Translations under genes and position numbers: made by a program | Assembly: GCA_030390025.1 (NCBI GenBank) | Contig: CM059431.1 | Location: forward strand, 139,564,001-139,628,000 | Length of the DNA stretch: 64,000 nt | From: Squalus acanthias | Lineage: Eukaryota | Direction of reading: 5' to 3' | Part shown: piece by piece, positions 27,011-38,853 of the stretch | Layout of the letters: every line of letters begins with the position of its first letter | Numbering within the stretch: position 1 is the first letter of the stretch | Notes under the pieces: model-generated | The model's database searches: none | Seen by the model: the letters and a program-made list of their open reading frames with translations, nothing else | What the model was told of the DNA's origin: nothing

Positions 27011-27269
27011 TGTTATGCCCATGATTTCACCTCTATTATTGCTCCAATGTCCCAATACATTAATAGACCTGATGATCCCACCACATTGCCTCTGATGCCC
27101 CTTCCTGTTACAGGGAATAGACTGGTTTTAGAACACAGAACAGCTTGTTATATTTTCTTCGATGCACGATTACCTCTACCTGCCTTCCACTGCCACACTC
27201 TGCCTGATATTATGCGAGGGAGAATTTGGCGTGTATAAATCAAAAGATGAATTTTTGGTAGTGGTTCCT

Positions 27270-28160
27270 TTTATATGGATATTCGGAGGGAAATGCTTAA
27301 GAGGCAATTTTGCGAGGCTTTCCTCCTTGCCTGGGGTCTTAGTACATGGGAACGGGGTCTGAAACAGGACTTAATATACAACATGTGTTTATTCCCAGTG
27401 AGACTGCACATTCGGAGCGGAGTATGGTCATGTGACCCTATGACACCTCGACTGGGCGGAGCTCCTGCTGCTTTGTGACATTTTTACTAGCTGCTGTATG
27501 ATTGGCTTCTGGCTCCTTTGTGATGTCACCTGGAGACAGGTTCCCACCACTGGTGACGCCTCATCATTGGTGAGTTACTGTGGGCGGAGCTGGAGTTGGA
27601 AAGAGATATTGTGAGTGAGTATAGCCCCTATAAATAGGGGTAAGGAAAGAAATGAACAATTTAATATTAAACAAATAATTCAATCAAATGTCATTAATTG
27701 TAAATATATTCAAATTAAATATATTCGTAGTCGGAAAATTACTCACATTGTATTCCGATCACAGTTTATGGAATTCTTAATAATCATGTTTATATTGATA
27801 GTTTCTTGGAGTTAGCAGAATCTCAGGAAGGTGCAGAGAGAGAGAGAAGTCTAATCATCACAACATTACCTGGAACTGGAAAAACGCATTGGGCTCATAG
27901 AACAGAACTGGAGGTATCATGGAGCCCAGATTCAAAGACGGGATAATACAGAAAACTTCAGCAATGATTAGAAGGATGGGGAGCTTTCCTGAGAATCAAA
28001 TAAGTCCAGGATTTTGCCGAGGTGAGAGTCGAAATCGGTATCGGCAACTATTCAACATTTGCCACAAGGTCAGCATTTGATGCGGCAAATTTGACTGGAG
28101 ATTCACTCGTGTGCGAAACTTGTCCACACCTCACCTGGGAGCGCTTAAGAATTACATGTA
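27270..28160 (+). repeat. Copy B1 of the promoter-like/exon-like cassette
   Basis: GC boxes GGGCGGAG at 27454 and 27582, ATTGG, TGATGTCA, TATAAATA at 27629-27636, donor-like GAG|GTGAGA at 28021/28022. Confidence 0.85.
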
Positions 28161-28164
28161 CACT

Positions 28165-28450
28165 GAATTTTATCCTGTAACCGTACCGTGCTGTGCCTGA
28201 GTTGGTTTGCTTCATTGGATAGTGTCAGAGGAGGTTACGCTGCATTGAACACATGATGTATGTGAGTTGACTGTGCTTGATGAACTAAAATACAGCGAGA
28301 TTTACACTGTATTTAACCCCTACAGTACCTGCCCTGGGAATATTTGATGTTGCAGTAGAACGGAAGCTATACCCTATATTTAACCCGTACTGTACCTGCC
28401 ATGAGAGGGTTTGATTGGACATTGTAGCGGGAGCTTTACTCCGTATATGA
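28165..28450 (+). repeat. ~65-bp minisatellite, decayed
   Basis: Same unit, separating cassette copies B1 and B2. Confidence 0.75.
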
Positions 28451-28469
28451 AACACATCGAGTGGGAGGG

Positions 28470-29590
28470 AGTCCAACTGTTTTGTGAAATTTCTCCTGGA
28501 CGCAGTGTGATTGGCTACTGTCTCATTTGTGATGTCATCTAGAGACAGGTTTCTGCCTCTGGTTGCACACCATCAGTGGGATGTCAATGCGGGCGGAGCT
28601 GGATTTGGCATCAGATATTGTGACTGATTTTATTGCCTAGAAATAGGGGCAAAGAAAAGTACGATTTAACATTAAATTAAGTAATTCAAACACGTTGTAA
28701 ATATTATCAAATTAAATATATTAATAATCACGAACACAGTCCCATTGTTTTCCTTTAACAGATTCTATAATCAAGATGAATCATATTTATGTTAAAAGTT
28801 TCTTTGATTGATCAGTATCCTAGGAAGGTGGAGAGAGAGAATTCGAATCATCACTACACTAACTGGGACTGGAGAAAGGTCGTTAGGTTGGGTTCAAGAT
28901 CCCCAGTGTCGACGACCAGAAATGGGTTTTTCAACAATGATTAGAAATGTGAGGATGTTTACTGAGAATCTCTTCAGTCGACGATTTTGCTGAGGTGAGA
29001 GTCTAACAAGCTATTGGGAGAAGTTTAGCATCTGGCACAATACCTGGCCTTTGATGCGTTAATTTGACTGGGAATTCTCTGGTATATAAAACTAGCCAAT
29101 ATCTCTAGTTATTGACCCACTCGCCAGAGGGAACAGTATTTCTGTATCTACTCCATCAAACCTCACATCATCTTGAAAACCTCTATTAGTTCACCTCTTA
29201 ACTTCCCTGTTCCAAGGAGAACAGTCCTGACTTTACCAACTTCTCCTCATAACTGAAGACCCTCATCCCTGGTAATATCCTGTTAAAACTCCTCTGTCCC
29301 CTTTCCAAGACATTTACATATTTCCTGAAGGGTGGTGTTGGAATGGTCAACAATGCTCCAACTGATGCTTTACCAGTGATTTATAAATTTCTAGCATTAA
29401 CACTTTGCTGTTATATTCTGTCCCTCTATTTATGAACCCAAATAAATCATTTCATTTTTAACAAACTTCTCAACTTATCCTGCCACATTTAAGGATCTGT
29501 ATATGGACAACAAGATTTCTCTGATCATTTACAATTTTCAAAATTGTGCCATGTATATTTTACTGTCTTTCCATTTTAGTCCTCCAAAAG
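28470..29590 (+). repeat. Cassette copy B2 plus attached CR1 fragment; inverted duplicate of ~9980-11130
   Basis: The cassette/CR1 junction AACTAGCCAATATCTCTAGTT (~29090) is the exact reverse complement of ~10460-10480. Peptides GRWRER.RIITTLTGTGERSLG occur in both copies. Confidence 0.9.
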
Positions 29591-29663
29591 AATTTAATCA
29601 AAATAGCCTAATGGAATGCTGGTATTTATATCCAGAGGACGACAATATAAAGGGGAGAAGTTA

Positions 29664-32600
29664 TTGGCAGTGCTCCTTAAAAAATTTACGGCCTCGGCAT
29701 ACCAGCGAAACTGCCACCTCCTCGACCTTCCAGGCCTCGGTGATCCCTCACCGTCTGACCTCCTCTCCCACATGCTCTCCCTCACCGACGAGAGCCCACC
29801 CAGATCCCTTTGCCGCATGCTGTTCATCCGCCAGCTACCTCTCAGCATCCGCCCAGCAATCGTGGCGTCCGGCCTCACGGACCTGGAACCCCTGGCCGAT
29901 GAGGCTGACAAGCTGCTGTCCGCTCACTCCAGCCGCAAAGTCACTCCGGACCTGGCAGCCAATGCCTGGACGCAAACCTCACCAGCCACCATGCGGCCAC
30001 AAGGACCAGCCACCAGGCCCACGGGGCCTTCGCGCCCCACTAACCCCGGCCACTGTTACTACCACGCACAGTTCGGCGCCAGGGCACAACGGTGCACACC
30101 TCCCTCCTCTTTCAAGTCCGCCCCCGTACCAGCCCCCGCGATGGCCGTGGGCCACGCGGGCTCCCTGCTGTACGTCACAGATGACAAAACCGGCCGCCGG
30201 TTCCTGTGCGACACTGGAGCTCAGCACAGCATCATCCCGGTCTCCTCCCTCGACATCCAAAAGGGCAAACGAGGACCGGCGCTGGCTGCGGCTAACGGCT
30301 CGGAAATCTGGAAGTACGGCACCCGGACAGTCACCCTCGACCTCACTGGTCGCCGCTACCGATGAGAGTTCATCACTGCCAAGGTGCTCTCCCCTCTCAT
30401 CGGCGCAGATTTCCTGTGCGCCCACGGCCTACTGGTAGACATCCCTCGATACCGCCTCGTGGACATGAACACCATGTCCCCCATCCTGGGCGCCATGGCC
30501 CCCCGTCAACCCGCCAACATGGCATCACAGTGCCACGCCCGGGCCACGGATGACTACTCGGCACTCCTGGGCGAAAACCCGGCCCTTACCAATTCGACCT
30601 TCTCCGCGGAGGCTGCCAAACACGGGGTGGAAAACTTCATACCCACCACAGGCCCCCCAGTGTACGCCCACGCCCGCAGGCTTGACCCGGCCAAACTGGA
30701 GATCACGCGGACCGAGTTTGCCACCATTGAACAGCTCGGCATCATCCGCCGCTCCAACAGTCGCTGGGCCTCCCCACTCCACATCGCCCACAAACCAGGC
30801 GGGGGTTGGCACCCCTGCGGGGATTACCTCCACCTCAACGACGCCACCACCCCGGATCGGTACCCTGTGCCACACATCCAGGACTTCTCGGCTAGACTGG
30901 CCGGCCGCTCAGTCTTTTCCAAGGTCGACCTGGTGCGCTGCTACCACCAAGTCCCTGTCCACCCCGCGGACGTCCCCAAGACGGCCGTAATCATCCCCTC
31001 GGCCTTTTCGAGTTCCTGTGGATGCCCTTCGGCTTCAAAAACGCGGCCCAGGCATTCCAACGGCTCAGGGACTCGGTCCTTCGGGACCCGAAGTAACTGT
31101 TCGTCTACCTGGACGACATCCTGGTAGCCAGTTCCTCCAAGCAGGAACACCTCGAACACCTTCGCATCCTGTTCGGCAGCCTCAGCAACCACGGGCTCAT
31201 CCTCAGCCCAGCCAAATGCCAGTTCGGCCTGGACAAGATCGACTTCCTTGGCCACCACATCACCCATGCTGGGTCCATTCCCCTGCCCACCAAGGTGCAG
31301 GCCGTCCAACAATTTCCCCGCCCCACCACCATCAAAGGCGTCCAGGAGTTCCTCGAGATGGTGAATTTCTACAAACGCTTCATCCCCAAAGCGGCGCCCC
31401 TCATGAGACCCCTGTATGAAGCCCTCCGGGGCAGGAGCGGCAAGATGGCGGTCGACTGGACGGCAGACGCATCAGCTGCCTTCGACTCCACCAAGACCGC
31501 GCTCGCCAATGCCACCCTGCTCGCGCACCCATGGCCCAATGCCAGGGTAGTGCTCACCACGGACGCCTCCGACCACGCGGTCGGTGCCGTGTATGAGCAG
31601 TGGGTCGACGGCATCTGGCAACCACTTGCCTTCTTCAGCCGCTAACTATGCCCCCGGAGGTCAAGTACAGCAACTTCGACCGTGAGCTCCTCGCGCTGTT
31701 CCTGGCGGTCCGACATTTTCGTTGTTTGCTGGAGGGCCACCCCTTCACTGCGTTTGTCGACCACAAGCCCCTGACATTCGCAATGGCAAAGACAAGCGAC
31801 CCCTGGTCCGCCAGGCAGCAGTGCCAGCTCGCGGCGATGTGCGAGTTCACCACGGACATCCAACACGTCTCTGGCCGAGACAATGTGGTAGTCAACTGCC
31901 TCTCCCGCACCGCCATCCACTCCGCACACCTGGCAGTCGACTACGCTCAGCTCGCAGCAGACTAGATCACCGACCCTGATCTGCTCTCCGCACCTACCAA
32001 CCTACCAGGGCTATGCCTGGCCGACGTCGCCTGTGCCCGACCACAGTCACGGTCAAGTGCGACATATCCCTATGTCAACCTCGGCCCGTCGTCCCAGCGT
32101 CCTGGCGCCACTGGGTATTCGAGATTCTGCACAACCTCTCCCATCAAATTGGTAGCCAACCGCTTTGTCTGGCGCGGCCTTCGTAAGGATTTGCGTACTT
32201 GGGCCAACTCCTGCCTAGCCTGCCAACGGGCCAAGGTGCAGCAACACACGAAAGGACCCCTCGAGGAGTTTACCGTCTCTTCGCGTAGATTCGTCCACAT
32301 CCACGTGGACATCGTCGGGCCCCTGCCGCCGTCGCAAGGCCACATGCACTTGCTGACGAACGTTGACCACACCACGCGCTGGGCTGATGCAATTCCACTG
32401 ATCTCTACCACCACCGCCGACATCGCCAGAGCCTTCATCAGCACCTGGTTAGCACGGTTTGGCGTCCCTTCTGACATGACTTCGGACAGAGGTCCGCAAT
32501 TTACCTCTGAACTCTGGATCGGCATCGCACGCAATCTCGGGGTGATCATTCACCGCACCACAGCATACCACCCCCAAGCCAACGGACTGTGTGAGTGGTT

Positions 32601-33489
32601 CCACAGATCCTTGAAGGCATCTCTTCCAGCCAGCCTCCAGGATGGCGCCTGGACCGATCGACTTCCGTGGGTCTTCCTCGGCCTGCGCACCGCGGTTAAA
32701 GAAGACCTCCACGCATCGGCAGCAGAGCTCGTGTACGGTCAGCTGCTGCACGTACCCGGCGAGTTCCTGCCCACCGCCACGACACCCTGGTCAGCCGACC
32801 AGCAACGCCATGACTTTGACTCACCGGCGCTGCAGTTCGCCCCGGTGCCCATTGCCCGACACGCGAATCCACCTCACACGTCCCACTAAGCCTGCACCAG
32901 GCACGGTTCATTTTCATCCGGCACGACGCCCACCGCGGACCCCTTCAACCCCCGTACGATGGGCCCTACAAGGTGCTACATGCTGGGGACAAATTTTTCA
33001 CCATGCAAGTGGGCGACAGGACCGAAAAAGTGTCGGTTGACTGACTCAAGCCAGCACACTCGGAGCCCGGTGAGCAGGTCCCTGTAGCTCGTCCACCACC
33101 ACGTGGCCGACCTGCCCTCAAGCCGGTTCACCCGGCTGCTCCACGCCCGGCCGTTCCACGTCCACCGGCGTCCTACAAGAGCTGCTCCGGCTGGCCCATC
33201 AGACCACCGCAGCGTCTTGTCCACACCTCCTAAGTGGATTCTGGGGGGGAGCTGTGTGGCGGATCGCCACCTAAACGGGCGCAAGCCACTTTTCCGTCCG
33301 TGGACAATAAATCGGGCACCTTGCCTTTAAGGCACCTTGCCTTTAAGGCAGGAGAAAAGGAGTGGGCTGGGCCTCAGAACCTTCCAGAGTCTGGTGTGTT
33401 AGCAGCCATCTTAGCAGAGATGTATTAAAAAGCTTTTGTGTTTCACACATGGACTCGGCCTTAATTCATGTCTCACGGCAGCCACAACA
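29664..33489 (+). mobile_element. Ty3/Gypsy LTR retrotransposon (CsRn1-like), 5'-truncated and frameshifted
   Basis: Gag CYYHAQFGARAQRC knuckle, protease FLCDTGA, RT YPVPHIQD/YLDDILV, RNase H TDASD/DRELLA, integrase HVDIVGPLP/SDRGPQF, GPY motif. Domain order PR-RT-RH-IN. Confidence 0.95.
33253..33489 (+). repeat. 3' LTR of the Gypsy element (237 bp)
   Basis: Follows the polypurine tract GGGGGGGAG. Termini TGTGTGGC ... GCCACAACA are imperfect inverted repeats. Confidence 0.8.
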
Positions 33490-33707
33490 CAGTAAATAAA
33501 TAGCGCTTCTCTCCCTGACACTGGGGAACTATTGAGACAGACGGCATAGCAAATTTCTGTTTATTGTGAAAAATTAAAGAAAACATCCATCCACTATCAC
33601 AATTTGCTTTCTGTCACTGAGCCAATTTTGTATCCATACCAACACATTCCACTCAAATCCATGTGTTTCCATCTTTTTAATAAAGTACAATCCAGGTTTA
33701 ACGATTA

Positions 33708-33852
33708 TAAAGAAAGACTTGCATTTATATAGCGCATTCTTGACGATTAGTCGTCCCAAAGCTCTTTCTAGCCAATGAAGTACTTTTTGAAGTATAGTTA
33801 CGGTTGTAAGGTACGAAACGCGGCAGCCAATTTGCGCTCAGCAAACTCCCAA
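33708..33852 (-). mobile_element. SacSINE1-like SINE 3' fragment
   Basis: Reverse complement of the 44975-45110 tail (AAAGACTTGCATTTATATAGCGC). Confidence 0.8.
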
Positions 33853-33876
33853 GTACGGGGCGGTTTTGTGTGCTAG

Positions 33877-34800
33877 TTGGATGGATCAGATGGGCCCCAT
33901 AATCGTGGACAAGGGGGGGGGTCGGGGAGACCGGCCCCGTTACAAGAATTTTTTCGACCCGTGCAGGATGCGAAAGTCCACGTCAGTAGTCTCCTGCACC
34001 TCAAGCCACCAGATTATGAGAATCTAGACGACTTAAAAAACTGGGGTGACATAGTCGTGTCTCTACAAAAAGAGACTCGAGACATGCCAATCTTATACCC
34101 GGGCCCCCATCGGGGGCAGTAGAGTTTCAATGAGTCGAGGCCACCCAACCTACATGCCCCCCCCCCCGAATACGCTCGTATCTAATCCACTGCACCTCTT
34201 CAGTCTTGGCTACGAAAAATCCAACCCCATGGCCCCCATCCGAGTTAATCAGGCGGTAGGATCCCAAAACCCTGATATAGGTGGACGGGGTACGATGGGC
34301 GAGGCACAGTCTTTTACGCCCCAGGAGAGATCCAGCGTCATCCTCCTCATTCCCGACCTCAAAAGACACAATTCTATCGTCGAAGTATGGGCAAGAATAA
34401 GAAGTGCTGCTCGGCACTTTAATTTGTCCATACAAGACGTAAAATATATTATCGAGGTGAAATGTCCCTCTATGGTTTATGGGGCGTTGGGACACCATTC
34501 CCTAAATGCCCCAGCCACGACAGCGGAGTATGAGATCCAATTCGAAGTTTGAAAACTTGGGTTCAGACCGGACTGGACAACGGCACCGCTACCTGGACGG
34601 GGCTCACTGCCCTGCGCCAGAGTCCCGGAGAAAACCCCAATGTGTACATTGATCGAGTAATCGAGCAGTATGAACATTGGGGCCAGACGAATGACATTCC
34701 CGCTAATCACGACGACCCACGGTTTATAGATAGTCTACTCCGGGGACTGGAAAGGCCCTACCAAACCGCCCTCCGAATGAGGGCCAGCCCCCAGGAGGTC
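33877..34800 (+). pseudogene. gag: Retroviral gag remnant
   Basis: PPPEY late-domain-like motif in the frame continuing ORF 33877-34122, capsid-like MAPIRVN...SFTPQERSSVILLIPDLK, and MHR-like LRQSPGENPNVYIDRVIEQY. Contains stops and a frameshift. Confidence 0.75.
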
Positions 34801-34825
34801 ATATCTGGTGGGTCACCCTGTGGGT

Positions 34826-35270
34826 AGGTCCCAACAGTGAGGACCTGCTCTTAGCTATGGATATTCTCCATCAGATAGAGGCAAATTTGCTCCTAAGTGA
34901 CCATCTATTGGAAGTAGAGGGGCCCGAAGGGGGGGGATTTCCCTTCCAGGAATATAATGCCCGACAATGCAGAGTAAAAGCCCTCCGTCCGGTTAAGCGC
35001 ACATGGACGGAGGAAGGACCAGGGGGGAGAGTTTGCGAGGCTTTCCCTCTTGCATGGGCCCCCACAAATTAGACTGTGGTAGAGCGGAGATGGACCCAGT
35101 TAGGGTCCACGGTTCCTACCACGAGGCCCACCGACAATACCCATTCCGATCAGAAGCTCAACGGGCCATTGAGTCCATAGTAGTGGACGTATTCGAAACC
35201 GGTATATTGACAAAGACCCGCTCCCATACCAACTCCCCAGTATGGCCAGTGTGGAAACCAGATGGAGACA
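34826..35270 (+). pseudogene. pol: Protease C-terminus and RT N-terminus; rest of pol deleted
   Basis: LLLAMDIL (protease end), then RQYPFRSEAQRAIESIV...GIL...NSPVWPVWKPDG, where similarity stops. No YxDD, RNase H or DDE follows. Confidence 0.8.
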
Positions 35271-35451
35271 CTGGAGCCAGACGAAGCCGGTGATGGGGCC
35301 CGGGGAAGAGATTCCCCCATCTCTTGGGGACCCTATGATTAAAAGGAAATAATAACGACCTGCCTTTTCTCCCCTATATTTGATCAGGACCGGATTTCGA
35401 AGGACTAAGTTGATTCTTCGGGGCGCTATTTTGCCTGTCTCTTTCTTATAG

Positions 35452-36117
35452 ATGAGTGGGCCCGACCTCAGTGCTGCCACCACTTCCGGGGATGTCGACC
35501 TTTCGGCGGTCCAGTTTTTCGACTTAACCAGGGATCCTGCGAACTCTCATTACTATACCACTCTGACCTTCCCCGGATCTCACCCCTTGACTCTAGAGTT
35601 CCGATTGTCTCCCTTTTGTGGCAGGGCTACAGGAACCCTCGCTCTACATCCCAACAAAACTCAGAATTTTTTATTCACCCTACCCCGCGCAGAGGAGATA
35701 GACCGGTTCCGAGACACAGCTGCTCTTTGGGAACCGCTGGTGTCGGGACTGGAGGACCTTCCCCAGGGGATATCCACCCCCTTTTATTGACCCTCCTACC
35801 TCCGAAGGAGGACACTGCAACCTGTCTTCACACATTGCCGTCCGACGGCTACTAACCCTCACTGAATTACGATAAGTCAGGTAAGTTACATTAAGCCACT
35901 GTCACAAGGCCACAGCCTCCGCCTCAACGCCACGTATGAAGTAGCCTCAACCCTACTCCGAGCCTTGCGCACACGGCTAATAGCAGGACAGACCGAAAGG
36001 GGGCTGGTGACAGACAGGGGGTCAGAGGGAGAGAGAGAGAGAGAGCATGCTAGTTACCACAAGCTAGTGCCGAGACTGCTCAACGAACTGGACTCTTTAT
36101 GCCGAGCGGCGGTATAG
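35452..36117 (+). pseudogene. Putative accessory ORF between pol and env, unknown function
   Basis: Acceptor TTTTGCCTGTCTCTTTCTTATAG directly before ATG 35452. 112 open codons, with a disrupted continuation ending TAG a few nt before the env ATG. Confidence 0.5.
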
Positions 36118-36124
36118 CGTAACG

Positions 36125-38201
36125 ATGGGGTGGCTTATCATGGGAATGATGGGATTACTGTTCGGCGAACAAACAACACCCACCACAGCGCTGGGGTCGT
36201 GCGTCGACCGGCCGGGAGCCCCCTTTTTCTGTGAGATGAACACTGGTCCATACAAAACACACAAGGGGGTCTGTACCTGTAAAATCACAGGAAGAACGGA
36301 CAGGATATTTTGCCAGAATAATGCGGGGCATTGGGAAACCCTTATGTATGCCTACCCTAGAGAGATGTCAAGCTTTCGGGATTACAGAACAATACGAGGA
36401 TCCCGGGCTACCACTTGTGATTCACTGCTACTGGGGTGTACCCCCCCCCGCCCCCCACACCCCCGCCCCCAGTGGTTTCCATGACACAATCCTCCCCAGA
36501 GCGGGAGCCACTGACTTGCTAGTGGGCTGGTGTTCATCCGTACTGGGGATATATTGTATGATAACGTGCGTCATGAATTAGTGTCAGTGGTGCTGAACCT
36601 GGCCAACATCGCCCTGCCTGCTTTGCTGCTTTGTGTTCACCACAAACCCAACAGTTATACCAGCGCTTTCTAACACAGGTATTGAAACAAGGCGCGGATC
36701 GTAGCGGAGGCAGATATAGACAGGGAAGCCGGCGGGCATGGCGACGTAAGAGGTCTTTAGTTAATGATGCAGCGACGGTCTCTAACACCAGCACATCGGC
36801 AGTTAACACCATTGATCTGGCTACCATAGATCAGAAGGTCTGTGATCTGGGTTCCCGCATTAAAGCCATCTTACAAGAGCAGAATAAGAATGAGGGCCAA
36901 GAGTTAAAGGAGGACCAGATATTAACCGTACACCTCCAGGATATAGCTACTGTATTAGAAACACACATGCAGACTATAAATAAGTTAATTAAAAAAGAAT
37001 ACAATGCCTCACAGCAGGCAGCAGCAAACGACGTTTGCAGCACATATGGGAATTCGATAGTGGAGCAAACCCGAGAAAACCTGGAACAGATACAGGCGGG
37101 GAAGGTACCCCTGTGGTTTACCAACCAACAGTTGAAAGGGTCCCTGACTAGCGGACATGCTGGGGCGGGTGTGCCCAAACGTCTCTTCAGTAGCCTCAAT
37201 ATTACAGTTTGTCAATTCCGAGCCATGGTACGGGTATACACCACGTAGGTCAAATCCAACCAGACCGGGGGGGCGGGGGGGGGGGGAGGGGTCATTGGTT
37301 TAGTTTTGGTCATCCCGGTGATGACACCGGAGACACAAGGGTGGGAGGTATATCAGATACAAAATATTTGTATACTAAAAGATGGCATGCATATATCTTA
37401 CCACAATATGTTACCTTACGCAGTGATGGTGAAAGGGAACCGGATGGGTACCAAGCTGGAGGGATGTGTCACCAGATATGCCATCATCCTGTGTCCGCAT
37501 GCAATCAGCCAAAACCCGCAAGTCCAATGTGGTTTCAACAACACAGTCATGGAAATTAACTGCACCATGGAGGCATTGGACGCAGCCTCAAAGCCCACCC
37601 AGGTGGCATACGCCGGCAAAGGCGAATACTGTGTAACAACCAACTTGAAGACTTTTGCGACATCCCCAGTCCAGAGTTCTGCTTCACACCAGCAGTTCCG
37701 GTACGGATTTGACACGAGGAGTTGGTGAACATACACCAGTTTAATATTAACTCTCTTCAAGTGTCTGAAGACATCAAGTATGGATTATGGAACTACATCA
37801 ACACCTTTGGGTATCCGATACCCCCACTGCCCGAACACCTGAGGCGGTTGCGGAAGGAGATACGGCTCTCCCAAGAGGTGTACTATACTCTGCAACAACG
37901 GAACACGGATTTAAAGAAAGATATCGACGCGATCAAGGTGACCACATGGGTGGATGGCATTTGAGTCTGGGGACTAAATATACAGATCCATCCATGGATC
38001 CGATTGATTTCACATGTATTAGTCGTGGTGCAGTTAATAGTTGTCCTGACCTTGTTATGTATGACATGCAGGAAATATAAATGGACTCGGGCGAAACAAA
38101 TTGCAAAACAAGTGGTTAAAACTGCTAATGCTTATACTGCCCCTACTCCAAGCGTTTCAGATGATGACTTTAACAACTTGTTGGAAAAACCAAGTGTATG
38201 A
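36125..38201 (+). pseudogene. env: Envelope glycoprotein (class I fusion, F-protein-like), disrupted
   Basis: Hydrophobic N-terminus, Cys-rich segment, furin site RRKR, heptad region, second Cys-rich region, membrane-proximal helix, TM LISHVLVVVQLIVVLTLLC and a basic cytoplasmic tail. Confidence 0.85.
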
Positions 38202-38621
38202 ATAATGAAGCAATCGTATAATGAATCAGGGAATGCCTAAATATTAACTTTTCTCATCTGATGCATACCTGGTGCCTCAACGGGTGGCCACCCCGATAGG
38301 ATTCACACTAGACCATATGCAACAATTCTGCGGCCTACCTAGAATAGGCAAAGGCCTAGGGGGGTGGGGGGAAGTATAGAACAAATTGGGGGGAGGGGGT
38401 TACAGGAAAACCTTCGTCATTCGTGCTCTTTGATCTGGGCAAACCTATATGCGTTTCTGACATACTATAAACCCACCAGCTTATCACACTTATCGTAGCG
38501 TAGAGAGCACACTCCCCAACCCCGCTTTAAGGGTCCTTTCCAGGAGTTGGAAGGGGGAACTGAAAGGTCCAGCTTGTTCCCAATGAATTCTGGGATACTT
38601 GACTATGTTAACCCTCTATTT

Positions 38622-38853
38622 GCGGAGATGCCGGTGTTGGACTGGGGTGGACAAAATTGAGAGGTCGCACAACACCAGGTTATAGTCCAACAGTTTTATT
38701 TGAAATCACAAGCTTTCGGAACTATCGCTCCTTCCTCAGGTGAAGGAGCGATAGTTCCTTCACCTGAGGAAGGAGCGATAGTTCCGAAAGCTTGTGATTT
38801 CAAATAAAACTGTTGGACTATAACCTGGTGTTGTGCGACCTCTCAATTTTGTC
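38622..38853. mobile_element. Palindromic Penelope-derived non-autonomous insertion with 12-bp TSD
   Basis: Arms 38650-38747 and 38756-38853 are exact reverse complements. TSD AACCCTCTATTT at 38610-38621 and 38854-38865. Confidence 0.93.
38760..38797 (+). ncRNA. Minimal type I hammerhead ribozyme (mirror copy on the minus strand at 38706-38743)
   Basis: TCAC-CTGAGGA-AGGAGC(GATA)GTTCC-GAAA-GCTT-GTGA: core CUGANGA/GAAA, palindromic AAGCTT stem III, stem I TCAC/GTGA. Confidence 0.8.

Noticed and set aside
27112..27257. HECT-like C-terminus (YLPSTATLC...VYKSKDEFL)
   Set aside because: The resemblance is a few residues with wrong spacing and an in-frame stop. It is not supportable without a profile search.
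29616..29690. CR1-Gag fusion protein
   Set aside because: The in-frame join of a CR1 piece (MLVFISRG..YKG) to truncated gag is most simply a deletion junction. There is no sign of function.
29503..30438. 311-aa ORF as a novel gene
   Set aside because: It is an off-frame reading across CR1 debris and GC-rich Gypsy gag. The true frame is the one in ORF 29616-30365.
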